Shown: positions 29,918-38,917 of the stretch, one piece after another
How positions within the stretch are numbered: the first letter of the stretch is position 1
Layout: the number at the start of each line of letters is the position of its first letter
Source of the DNA: an uncultured Armatimonadia bacterium
Lineage (GTDB): Bacteria > Armatimonadota > Zipacnadia > Zipacnadales > UBA5352
Assembly: GCA_964484945.1 (NCBI GenBank)
Contig: CAZAHB010000003.1
Span: 600-64,599, forward strand
Length of the DNA stretch: 64,000 bases
Direction of reading: 5' to 3'
Position numbers and translations under genes: made by a program
The notes under the pieces: generated by a model
Told to the model about the DNA's origin: nothing
Databases searched by the model: none
Seen by the model: the letters and a program-made list of their open reading frames with translations, nothing else

Positions 29918-30868
29918 GTGGCCGACGAACCGACAATCGCCGCGCCGGAAGAGCGCGAGGCCATCGAGGAGGCCTGCGGACCTGTCCTCGATCCTATCCT
30001 GCTGTCGGTCGCGATCATCTGGGGCGGCAATTTCGTCGCGTACAAGTATCTCATGGATCAGATCGCACCGGCAGGCCTGCTCGCGGTCCGCTTCGTGCTC
30101 ATCACCATCCTGTTGCTTGCGGTCCTTGAGTTCCGCGGACAGCTTCGCACCGGGAACTCGCGGACGATGTGGCTGCGGCTGGCGCTCGCGGGCGTCCTCA
30201 TCATGGGTGTGCAGCAGATCGCGTTTGTGACCGGTCTGAACCTCACCGCGGCCGGCGAGGGCTCACTGCTGTTCTCCACCGCGCCGATCTTCACCGCAAT
30301 GATCGCAGCCGCGATCGGCCAGGAGCGTATCACCGGCGCGAACTGGATCGGAATCGCCGCCGCGATGGGCGGATGCGCGATGGTCATCCTCGGCGGAGCC
30401 GGCGCTGAGCATGTACCGGAAACACGTGTGACAGGCGACCTGCTCATGCTCGTGTCATCACTCGGCTACGCCATCTTCATGGTGGTCAGCAAGCCGCTTA
30501 TGCGCGAGTACGGTGCGTTGAAGGTGGTCTCCTTCGCATACCTCTTCGGGCTGCTGGTGGTCGTCCCGTTCGGCGCGAATGAAGCGATCAACGCCGACTG
30601 GGCGTCGCTGGGAACAGCAGGCTGGTTCTCAATGGTGTGGCTGGTACTTCTGGCCGGCGCATACGGCTTCGTGGCCTGGTACTGGCGGATCTCGCGCACG
30701 ACACCCTCGCGCGTGGCAGTCTATCAGTACATCGTCCCGGTAGTGGCACTGATCGCCGCGGCCTTCGTCCTGGGCGAGCGTCCGGCGGTCCTGCAGATTG
30801 TCGGGGCAGCGCTGGTTCTGCTCGGGCTCTATTTCGCCCGGCGGCCTTCTGCGACGTGCCCCACATAA
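29918..30868 (+). CDS. EamA/DMT-family transporter
   Basis: Ten predicted TM segments, two EamA-like halves. GTG start. Confidence 0.7.
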   Translation: MADEPTIAAPEEREAIEEACGPVLDPILLSVAIIWGGNFVAYKYLMDQIAPAGLLAVRFVLITILLLAVLEFRGQLRTGNSRTMWLRLALAGVLIMGVQQIAFVTGLNLTAAGEGSLLFSTAPIFTAMIAAAIGQERITGANWIGIAAAMGGCAMVILGGAGAEHVPETRVTGDLLMLVSSLGYAIFMVVSKPLMREYGALKVVSFAYLFGLLVVVPFGANEAINADWASLGTAGWFSMVWLVLLAGAYGFVAWYWRISRTTPSRVAVYQYIVPVVALIAAAFVLGERPAVLQIVGAALVLLGLYFARRPSATCPT

Positions 30869-31322
30869 GCGAGTGCTACCGCGGCCACCAGGGTGTGAAC
30901 CATCCTCAAACCCCCGAAGAATCGCCCTCTGACAGGCAAATATGCGGAATAATGCCCGATTCCACCCCCATGACTTGACTCAACACACCCAATCGTGTAA
31001 ACAATTACGTAAAGAAACTGTTCGATCAGTGATGTTTTGCCCTCAGACGGACGTGACGCGGTGTTTCCAGCCAAAATCAAGTGGGGGGTGAACCGAAGCC
31101 TGAGACCGTTGTGCACCATGCCGAGAGAGACAGGCTTTCCTCTGAGACGCGCCCTGTACGGCCGTTGCGCGATCCGCCGCGACGGTGGCAGAGAGAACAA
31201 TGTAATGTAATCTTCTTTATTGCGGGATTGTGACGCCATGCTGAGCCGCGACCACGAACCGGCCGCTAGCCCGCATCCGAATCCAATGTGGGCTTTGAAA
31301 TAGCAGAGGGAGGCGCAGAACC

Positions 31323-31544
31323 ATGGCGAAGAAGGACTATCGCGCGATGCCTGATGGCGATGCCTGGGTGTGCAAAGGTGACGGGAACAAGCGCGCTACG
31401 TCGAGGCATGAGACGCAGAAGGACGCGTGGGCGGCCGCCATCGAGATGGCGAAGAAGTCCGGCACCAGCGCCTACAAGCATGGGATGGACGGCACCATCA
31501 AAGAGGAGCGTTCCTACGGGAACGAGTCTCCCGCCCCCGGATAG
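31323..31544 (+). CDS. DUF2188-family small protein
   Basis: DGDAWVCKGDGNKRATSRHETQKDAWAAAIEMAKKSGTSAYKHGMDGTIKEERSYGNESP fits the DUF2188 pattern. GGGAGG RBS present. Preceded by a roughly 450-bp AT-richer intergenic region. Confidence 0.65.
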   Translation: MAKKDYRAMPDGDAWVCKGDGNKRATSRHETQKDAWAAAIEMAKKSGTSAYKHGMDGTIKEERSYGNESPAPG

Positions 31545-31597
31545 TCTCATCCGGTCGGGCCAACTGTAAACGGTGGGTGCCCGGTCTCAGCGCGGGG

Positions 31598-32701
31598 TCA
31601 CGAGTTCTCCGTGATCCACTCCAGCGCGCGCTCCAGTTCGTCCCGATTCGACGCGGACAGTTGATAGAACAGCCGCGACGGGTCGAGGCGTTCGTGGAAG
31701 CGTGGCAGATCATCGAGACCGCCGTAACACATGACGCTTTTCCCCCGCTGCTGGATCTCCTCCAGCAGATCCAGCCATTCCACCATGGGCGGGTTCCCCG
31801 CGCCCGGCACCCACTGAATGCAGTCGATCTCCTCGATCGCCATCAACTCGTCCATGTTACACAGCGCGGTCGGCCCGTCCCAGTGGTAGATAGAGTGGTC
31901 GAGATACCGGGCCTCCGCGCGCAGGTCCGGGGCCACCAGTTCGCGGAAGTGCTCCGGCCCGATCAGTGCCGCGAAATCGCACTGGATGGTATTGCATCGG
32001 CCGCTGTGCCACGCCCGGATCCATCCTGCCCCCGTGCCGGCGTCGCTGAGCGCTCCATCCTCGAAGAATTGCTCTGACATCGGCTCATACAGCTCCCGTA
32101 CCTGCCGGTTCGCCTCGTGTATCAGGTCGGGCGTGTCGTAGATATCCATGCACAGCTTCGTGGCCCCGCGCAGGCTCTCCAGACCGTCCAGGTTCGAGTG
32201 CATGTCCAGATGTGACACGAGCCAGTGGCCGTCCGCGACCTCGGCGAGGCGCTGCACCAACTCGCGCATCCGCGTCCAGTACTTCCCCTCGCGATCGATC
32301 TCAAGCGGCAGCGCCCCCTCCCAGTCCTCCACGAAGGGCACCGCCCAGCTTGTGCGGTTCTGCTGATCGCGCGAGAACTCAAGCTCAGCGCCGAGGAATG
32401 CCGCGAAGATGTCCGGGCCGAAGCCGGGCGAGAACTGGGGCATCGCATCGCCGCCCCAGTACACAGATCGCACCCACGCGTCCACCGCTTCGACCACCTC
32501 GTCGATCGGATCGTGCAGCATCTCCCAGTACGTCGGCCTCGGGGCAGGCTCGGCGTCCTCGGCAGGGCAGGTAATGACGACCGGCGGGCGATCGAGCATG
32601 CTTCCGCTCCAGAACGCCTCCCAGCGCTCGGCGGCATCGTGGAAGTCCGGTTTGAGTGAAAGCGGGCTTTCGGCGGAGATCAACATGAGCGGAACCACCA
32701 T
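31598..32701 (-). CDS. Hypothetical protein; start ambiguous (GTG at 32701 or ATG at 32686)
   Basis: 367-aa ORF with typical codon usage and no confidently recognised family. Confidence 0.45.
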   Translation of the reverse strand: MVVPLMLISAESPLSLKPDFHDAAERWEAFWSGSMLDRPPVVITCPAEDAEPAPRPTYWEMLHDPIDEVVEAVDAWVRSVYWGGDAMPQFSPGFGPDIFAAFLGAELEFSRDQQNRTSWAVPFVEDWEGALPLEIDREGKYWTRMRELVQRLAEVADGHWLVSHLDMHSNLDGLESLRGATKLCMDIYDTPDLIHEANRQVRELYEPMSEQFFEDGALSDAGTGAGWIRAWHSGRCNTIQCDFAALIGPEHFRELVAPDLRAEARYLDHSIYHWDGPTALCNMDELMAIEEIDCIQWVPGAGNPPMVEWLDLLEEIQQRGKSVMCYGGLDDLPRFHERLDPSRLFYQLSASNRDELERALEWITENS

Positions 32702-32872
32702 CCGTGCGTGTTATTACCGCGAGGGAGTATTCGACACGGGAACCGGCGGGGCCTTCGCGGGCGCCGCGCAGAGAGGAGGCCGCGCGGGTATCGGACATGG
32801 AGGTGATGGTGCTTCCCGCGGTCAAATACCGCGGCACAGATACCCACTCCGACCTGCCGGGAGCGAGCCACG

Positions 32873-33652
32873 ATGAAATACGCTGTTCGCGAGAATCTGA
32901 TGGGCCGGGACCTGACCATCGAGGACAAGTTCCAGCGCGCCGCGGATCTGGGGTTCGACGGGATCGAGCTTATCCCGAAGGAGAACCCGCAGATGCACGG
33001 GATGATGGTTTTCGAGCAGGACGGCCGCGACGAGTTACTCGGTCTCGGCGAGGAATATGACCTGGAGATCAGTTCGCTGTCTCTTGGCATCTACCGCGAC
33101 GCCAACTGCCTCACCACCGACGAGGAGGAGTGGGAGGCCGGGAAGCAGATGCTGCACAACGCCATCGAGGCGGCGACGGACCTGGAGTGCGCGGGGATCC
33201 TGCTGCCCCACTTCGGACCGATGGAGCCGGACCTGGATGACCCGCGTCTGGAGCCGGATCTGCGCGGCATACGCGAGGCCATCGAGGAATCGGGCAACTC
33301 CGACCTGGTCATGTGCGTCGAATGTACCGTGGATCTGGAGACCATGCAGGGCATCGTGGAGATCGCCGACCACCCGCGGGTGGGGATCTATTTCGACATG
33401 GGCAACCTCAAGAACAGCGGCTTCGACCCGGGTTCGATGATCCGCGCGCTGGGCACGGCCGGCGTGAAGCTGGTCCACGCCAAGGAGGCCGGCGGGGAAC
33501 TACTCGGCGAGGGCGAGGTGGACCTGCAGGACGTCGCCGACGCGCTCAACGAGATCGGCTACGATGAGTGGATCGTCTTCGAGACAGCGCCGACCGACGA
33601 TCCGATGGCGGCCATCGAGCACAACCTGGCGGAGATGAAGCGGTATATCTGA
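32873..33652 (+). CDS. Sugar phosphate isomerase/epimerase (xylose-isomerase-like TIM barrel)
   Basis: DLGFDGIEL…, HAKEAGG… and EWIVFE pattern of the AP_endonuc_2 family. Confidence 0.7.
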   Translation: MKYAVRENLMGRDLTIEDKFQRAADLGFDGIELIPKENPQMHGMMVFEQDGRDELLGLGEEYDLEISSLSLGIYRDANCLTTDEEEWEAGKQMLHNAIEAATDLECAGILLPHFGPMEPDLDDPRLEPDLRGIREAIEESGNSDLVMCVECTVDLETMQGIVEIADHPRVGIYFDMGNLKNSGFDPGSMIRALGTAGVKLVHAKEAGGELLGEGEVDLQDVADALNEIGYDEWIVFETAPTDDPMAAIEHNLAEMKRYI

Positions 33653-33670
33653 CACGAAAGGGAGAGCGCC

Positions 33671-36100
33671 ATGCGAACACTCGCCGTCATCATCCTGCTG
33701 ACCGCCGCAGCCACCGCCTTTGCCGCGCCGAGCACCATCGTCGAAGAGGGGGAGGCGCGGGCCGCGATTGTGTTGCAGCCGGATGCCTCCGAGCAGCTTG
33801 CGGAGGCGGTTGCGGAGATGCAATCGCTCATCCAGCAGGCCTCCGGGGCAGACATTCCGCTCGTGGAACAGCCGCCAGCGGATAGCATCGCCATCCACGT
33901 GGGCCGAACACCCGGCGTGGGCGATGCGGTGGACCTGGGCGATCTCGACGAGGACGGGTTCGTGATCCAGTTCCCGGATGAGGGGACCATTGTCATCCTC
34001 GGGCCGAGTGATTGGGGCACCGAGTTCGGGGTTTACGAGTTCCTCGAACGCTACATTGGCGTCAGATGGCTGATGCCGGGCGAAGACGGAACGTATGTCC
34101 CGGAGATGGCGACCATCACCATCCCCGATGACTCGGTGCGCGATGAGCCCGCGTTCTTCTCGCGCAAGTACTTCGGCCTGCGACTGGCGGAGCAGCGGCT
34201 CTGGGCGCGGCACAATCGCCTCCACTCCCGCGTGGAGTTCCACCACAATCTCTACAGGCTCTTCCCGCACTCCGACGTGGAGGAGCACCCCGAATTCTTC
34301 CCCATCCACGGCGGCGAGCGCTACTTCCCGCCGGAGGACCACTACTACTCGCGCTGGCAGCCATGCTTCACCGCTCCGGGAATCGTGGACGTAGCGGTGG
34401 AGCGGATCTGCGCGTACTTCGACGAACACCCGGAGGAGGAGAGCTACTCACTGGGCGTGACCGACAGCGGCGGGCACTGTGAGTGTGAGGATTGCCGGGC
34501 GCTGGATGCGGGCCGCAAGAACATGGTCAACCGCGACCACCTCACCGACCGCTTCATCACCTGGGCGAACGCGGTGGTCGAGGGCGTGCTCGAGGAGCAT
34601 CCGGACAAGTGGTTCGGCTTCCTCGCGTATTCCGAGATCTTCGAGCCACCGGACCGGGTGGAGATGCACCCGCGCCTGATCCCCTACATGACCTACGACC
34701 GCATGCAGTGGATCGATGACGAGGCGCGCGAGGCGGCCGAAGAGCTTACGCGCCGCTGGGCGGAGGCGGCGTCCACCGTCGGCTGGTACGACTACATCTA
34801 CGGCGCGGCCTACCTCGTCCCGCGCGTCTACCCGCACGTGATGGGGCAATACTACCGCTTCGGCCACGAGAACGGCGTCCGCGCGCTGACCGCCGAGGCC
34901 TACCCGAACTTTGGCGAGGGGCCCAAGCTCTACGTGTCGCTCAAGCTCCAGTGGGACCCCTACCAGGACGTTGATGCGCTGCTGGACGAGTGGTATGCGC
35001 TGGCGGTCGGCGAAGAGGCGGCCCCGTACGTGCGTAAGTACTACGAGCACTGGGAGGACTTCTGGACGCGGCGCATCCTCGACACGAACTGGTGGAGCAA
35101 GGGGCGGCAGTATTTGCCGTTCCACACGCCCTCGTACCTCGAGGAGGTGAGCCTCGACGAGATCGCGCAGTCACGCGAGTGGCTGGAGCAGGCCGTGGCG
35201 AATGCGGGCACAAAGCGTCAGAAGGCGCGCGCAAAGCTGCTGCTACGCGCATTCGAGTACTACGAGGCGTCGGCGATAGCCTACCCGCGCAGCGGCCCGG
35301 CGCCGGAGCTTACGACCGAGGCGGATGCGCTGGCGTACCTCGATGACGTGATTGTGCGCTCGGAGATGGCGCAGAAGCGCCGTACCCTGTCGAAAGAGGA
35401 CTTCCATGGGCACCCGTTCCTGCATCACTGCACGGACATCGACCGCCGGCCGTCAATCGCCGGCGTCAACTGGGTGGGACAGGACCTGTGGACGCTCTTC
35501 GACTGGGCATCGCGCTCGGAGGCTGTGCGCGAGCGACTGCGGGACCTGACCGAAGATGGCGCACCGAGCGGTCTGCAGGCACACGCACAGACGATTCTCG
35601 CTACGTTTGATCCCGAAATGGAGCCACTGAATACGAACTGGTCCTTCGAGAAGGGCGATGGTGCGCAGGCCGCGGATTACCACTATTGGCTGCAGGACGG
35701 CGTGGGCACACTCACTCGCTCTGAGGAGGCCGCGCACAGTGGAGACTACGGCATCACCGCCACCGGCGTGCAGTACGGTGGGCCGCACCAGTCGGTGCAG
35801 TTCACCCCCGGGAGATTCTGCCTGGTCGCGAGCCTTTACCTGCCTGAGGGGCAGCCGGAGGGCGGCTTCGTGGACCTGAGCATCCGCGCGCTTAACGAGA
35901 AAGGCCGCAACCTGCCCAAAGGCGGCACAGCCAGCATCACGCCCACGCCCGGCCAGTGGCACACGGTCGCGACGGTGATGGACGCGACTGATCCGCCGAA
36001 GAGCGCGGTGCAGGTTCGCGCGGGAGTATGGGCTCGCAAGTTCCCGGACGGCAAGAAGATCTACTTCGACGATCTACGGTTGATCAAGCTGCCAGACTGA
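33671..36100 (+). CDS. Secreted DUF4838-like (glucuronidase-N/GH20b-like N-terminus) putative glycosidase with a C-terminal CBM4/9-like domain
   Basis: Signal peptide MRTLAVIILLTAAATAFA. GGHCECEDCRALD motif. C-terminal NWSFEKGDGAQAADYHYW (CBM4_9-like start). The family assignment is tentative. Confidence 0.5.
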   Translation: MRTLAVIILLTAAATAFAAPSTIVEEGEARAAIVLQPDASEQLAEAVAEMQSLIQQASGADIPLVEQPPADSIAIHVGRTPGVGDAVDLGDLDEDGFVIQFPDEGTIVILGPSDWGTEFGVYEFLERYIGVRWLMPGEDGTYVPEMATITIPDDSVRDEPAFFSRKYFGLRLAEQRLWARHNRLHSRVEFHHNLYRLFPHSDVEEHPEFFPIHGGERYFPPEDHYYSRWQPCFTAPGIVDVAVERICAYFDEHPEEESYSLGVTDSGGHCECEDCRALDAGRKNMVNRDHLTDRFITWANAVVEGVLEEHPDKWFGFLAYSEIFEPPDRVEMHPRLIPYMTYDRMQWIDDEAREAAEELTRRWAEAASTVGWYDYIYGAAYLVPRVYPHVMGQYYRFGHENGVRALTAEAYPNFGEGPKLYVSLKLQWDPYQDVDALLDEWYALAVGEEAAPYVRKYYEHWEDFWTRRILDTNWWSKGRQYLPFHTPSYLEEVSLDEIAQSREWLEQAVANAGTKRQKARAKLLLRAFEYYEASAIAYPRSGPAPELTTEADALAYLDDVIVRSEMAQKRRTLSKEDFHGHPFLHHCTDIDRRPSIAGVNWVGQDLWTLFDWASRSEAVRERLRDLTEDGAPSGLQAHAQTILATFDPEMEPLNTNWSFEKGDGAQAADYHYWLQDGVGTLTRSEEAAHSGDYGITATGVQYGGPHQSVQFTPGRFCLVASLYLPEGQPEGGFVDLSIRALNEKGRNLPKGGTASITPTPGQWHTVATVMDATDPPKSAVQVRAGVWARKFPDGKKIYFDDLRLIKLPD

Positions 36101-36129
36101 CACGTATCAGGACGAACCAGGAGGCAATT

Positions 36130-38562
36130 ATGCGAAAGATGACTTTTGTCGCGTTGCTGGCCCTGATGACCACAGTGGCCGCATCTGCCGCCCCGGTGAC
36201 TGTCGTCGAAGATGGGACGCCTGCGGCCTGCGTCGTTCTACCATCCGAGCCGTCGGAGCAACTTGCGCGTGCGTCTGCCGAATTGGTGGACTGCGTACGG
36301 GAAGCATCCGGCGCAGAATTGCAGATCGCAAATGAGCCGGTTGAGGGCATGGCGGCCATCCACATCGGCGAGACGGATTATGCCGAGGCGCAGGGAATCG
36401 AACTGAACTCAGACAGGGTGGATGCTTACACGATCCAGTTCCCCGAGAGCGACGCGATCGTGATCCTCGGGGCAAGCGACAGCGGCACCGAGTTCGGGGT
36501 CTACGGTTTCCTGGAGCGCTTCGTGGACGTCCGCTGGCTACTGCCTGGTGAGAACGGGCGGGACGTCCCGGCTCAGGCGACCATCACCGTTCCGGACGAG
36601 TCGGTGAGCGAGGAGCCCGTGTTCATGTCCCGTCAATTCAGCGGCGGGCGGAGGGCACACGTTCCGTGGGCCCGACATAATGGGATGCACGGGACTATCA
36701 GCTTCCACCACAATCTCCGGGATCTCTACAAGCCGGAGGTCTTCGCCGAAGAGCATCCCGAGTTCTATCCGCTCTGGGATGGCGAGCGCTTCAATCCGCT
36801 GGAGAGCAATCAGCGCTGGCAGCCCTGCTTTACCGCGCCCGGAATCGTCGAGGCAGGGATCGACCGGATCGTGGAGTATTTCGACGAACACCCGGACGCG
36901 GTCAGCTACTCGCTGGGTATCAATGACACCCGTCGGCATTGCGAGTGCGAGGACTGCCGGGCACTGGACCCGGGCCGCGAGAACTTCCTCGGGCTACCCC
37001 ATCTGTCCGATCGCTACTTCACGTGGGCAAACGCGGTCGTAGAGGGTGTGCTGGAGGAACATCCCGACAAGTACTTCGGCTGCCTCGCTTACAACTCGGT
37101 GGTCGAGCCGCCGGATCGGGTCCAGGTGCATGAGCGCATCATTCCCTACATGACCTACGATCGCATGAAATGGGTCGATCCAAAGATCGAGGCGCAGGGC
37201 AAGCAGCTCACCGAAGCGTGGGCCGAAGCCTCGCCGACGATCGGCTGGTACGACTACATCTACGGCACCCCTTACATGCTGCCGCGCTACTACCCCCATC
37301 ACATGGGCGAGTACCTCAAGTGGGGCTACGAGCACGGCGTGCGCGCGCTTTACGCCGAGGCTTACCCGAACTTCGGCGAGGGCCCGAAGCTGTATGTCTA
37401 CCTCGCGCTGAACTGGGATCCGTACGCGGACGTGGACGCGCTGCTGGATGAGTGGTTCGAGCGCTGCTGCGGGCCGGATTCGGCGGATGCCCTGCGCAGC
37501 TACTACGAGTTCTGGGAGCAGTTCTGGACCGAGCGCATCCCGGAATCGGCGTGGTTCACCGAGCAGGGTCAGTACCTGCGCTTCAACTCGCCGGGTTACC
37601 TGGTTGAGGTGACGCCCGAGGAGATCGCCCAGTGCCGCGAGTGGCTCGAAACCGCCGTCGCGAACGCGCAGACCGAGAAGCAGCGCGCCCGCGGCGAGCT
37701 TCTGCTGAAGGCCTTCGAGTACTACGAGGCATCGGCGCTGGCGTATCCGCGCGGCGAGGACATCGCCGGGGCCCCGGAGACCGAACAGGAGGCGCTCGCT
37801 CGGCTGGAGGACAGCTTTGAGCCGGCCGCCTACGCGCAGAAGCGCCTGAACCTGGTGCGCGAGTTCGAGGACCATCCGGTGCTGGTTCATCCGCTGCCGC
37901 CCACGCGCTACTCGACGACCACCGGCTCCAGTTGGGGCACGAACCGCATGTGGCAGCTTTACGAGTGGGTGCAGGACAGTGATGCGGTGCGCGAGCGGGT
38001 GGAGGCGCTTGCGGAGACCTCCGAGTTCAAGACGGTACGCCAGAATGCAGAGCTTCTGCTGAAAGTCTCAAGCGGAGAGGCGGAGTCTATCAACGCGAAT
38101 CCGTCCTTCGAGGAGGGCGAGGAATGGGCGACCGGATGGAACAAGTGGATCAAATACGGTGAGGGCAGCAACTACCGCACAACGGAAATGGCGCACACCG
38201 GCGAGGCATCGCTCTGCTTCGACGGGATGAAGCGCGGCGGCCCGCACCAGACGCTCCAGCTTGAACCGGGCGAGTACGCCATGACAGCCTTCGTCTACGT
38301 CCCGGAGGGGCAGGAGACGATGGGCACTGTCGCCGTCCAGGCCACGCCGCGAGATGATGGCGGCACTAATCTGCCCGGAGGCATCAGCAGCCAGATCGTT
38401 CCCGCGCAGGGTCGCTGGCAGCCGATCGCGGCCGCGGGTGAGATTCCGGCGACCATCAGTGGCAAGGAGGTTGCGAGCGTGCTCTTCCTGCCGATCATCG
38501 ACGGCTGGGACCCGGACGGGAAAGTCTACATCGACGATCTGTCGATTGTGAAGCTGGATTGA
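36130..38562 (+). CDS. Paralog of the preceding gene (DUF4838-like putative glycosidase with a C-terminal CBM4/9-like domain)
   Basis: Start at MRKMTFVALLALMTTVAASA with AGGAGG upstream. RRHCECEDCRALD motif and NPSFEEGEEWATGWNKW. Roughly 55-60% identical by eye to 33671..36100. Confidence 0.5.
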   Translation: MRKMTFVALLALMTTVAASAAPVTVVEDGTPAACVVLPSEPSEQLARASAELVDCVREASGAELQIANEPVEGMAAIHIGETDYAEAQGIELNSDRVDAYTIQFPESDAIVILGASDSGTEFGVYGFLERFVDVRWLLPGENGRDVPAQATITVPDESVSEEPVFMSRQFSGGRRAHVPWARHNGMHGTISFHHNLRDLYKPEVFAEEHPEFYPLWDGERFNPLESNQRWQPCFTAPGIVEAGIDRIVEYFDEHPDAVSYSLGINDTRRHCECEDCRALDPGRENFLGLPHLSDRYFTWANAVVEGVLEEHPDKYFGCLAYNSVVEPPDRVQVHERIIPYMTYDRMKWVDPKIEAQGKQLTEAWAEASPTIGWYDYIYGTPYMLPRYYPHHMGEYLKWGYEHGVRALYAEAYPNFGEGPKLYVYLALNWDPYADVDALLDEWFERCCGPDSADALRSYYEFWEQFWTERIPESAWFTEQGQYLRFNSPGYLVEVTPEEIAQCREWLETAVANAQTEKQRARGELLLKAFEYYEASALAYPRGEDIAGAPETEQEALARLEDSFEPAAYAQKRLNLVREFEDHPVLVHPLPPTRYSTTTGSSWGTNRMWQLYEWVQDSDAVRERVEALAETSEFKTVRQNAELLLKVSSGEAESINANPSFEEGEEWATGWNKWIKYGEGSNYRTTEMAHTGEASLCFDGMKRGGPHQTLQLEPGEYAMTAFVYVPEGQETMGTVAVQATPRDDGGTNLPGGISSQIVPAQGRWQPIAAAGEIPATISGKEVASVLFLPIIDGWDPDGKVYIDDLSIVKLD

Positions 38563-38690
38563 GAGCGTCCGTGCGGCATGCCGTTCGGAGGGATGGCCTG
38601 CCGAGGCCATCCTCGCGCGGAGCGCGAAAGTCGTTGGGCGATGGCCGAACGGCGTCGGGCCAGGGCTGGCCCGACCTCCGGACGGCAAAG

Positions 38691-38740
38691 AGCAACGGCA
38701 ACGGCGCACGACGTCGTTGCCGTTGTCATTCCCTCTCCCC
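38691..38740. repeat. (CAACGG)n repeat hairpin plus GGGGAGAGGG motif on the opposite strand
   Basis: caacggcaacggcg-cacgacg-tcgttgccgttg forms a long stem. The following tcattccctctcccc is the reverse complement of the GGGGAGAGGGAA motif seen at 46799. Confidence 0.5.
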
Positions 38741-38917
38741 ACTGCCCTGCAAGCTACCAGCAACGGCTGAAGGGCATCGGCACGCAGTGGAGTTCGCGCA
38801 GCGCTGTAGTTTCGCGCGGCGCGAACTCCAGGACCTGCGAGCGCAGCGAGCAGGTCAACCGCCCCCCGCGTCGAATCCAATATCGAGCACAATTGCAGTG
38901 GTGGAGGGGTGCAACCT

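Noticed and set aside
31075-31160. Possible TPP riboswitch (GGGGGTGAACCGAAGCCTGAGACCG contains GGGGTG and CTGAGA elements)
   Set aside because: The rest of the THI-box consensus (ACCC…GAACCTGATC…TAATACC…AGGGA) is absent, and the downstream gene (DUF2188) is not thiamine-related. This is most likely a chance similarity.
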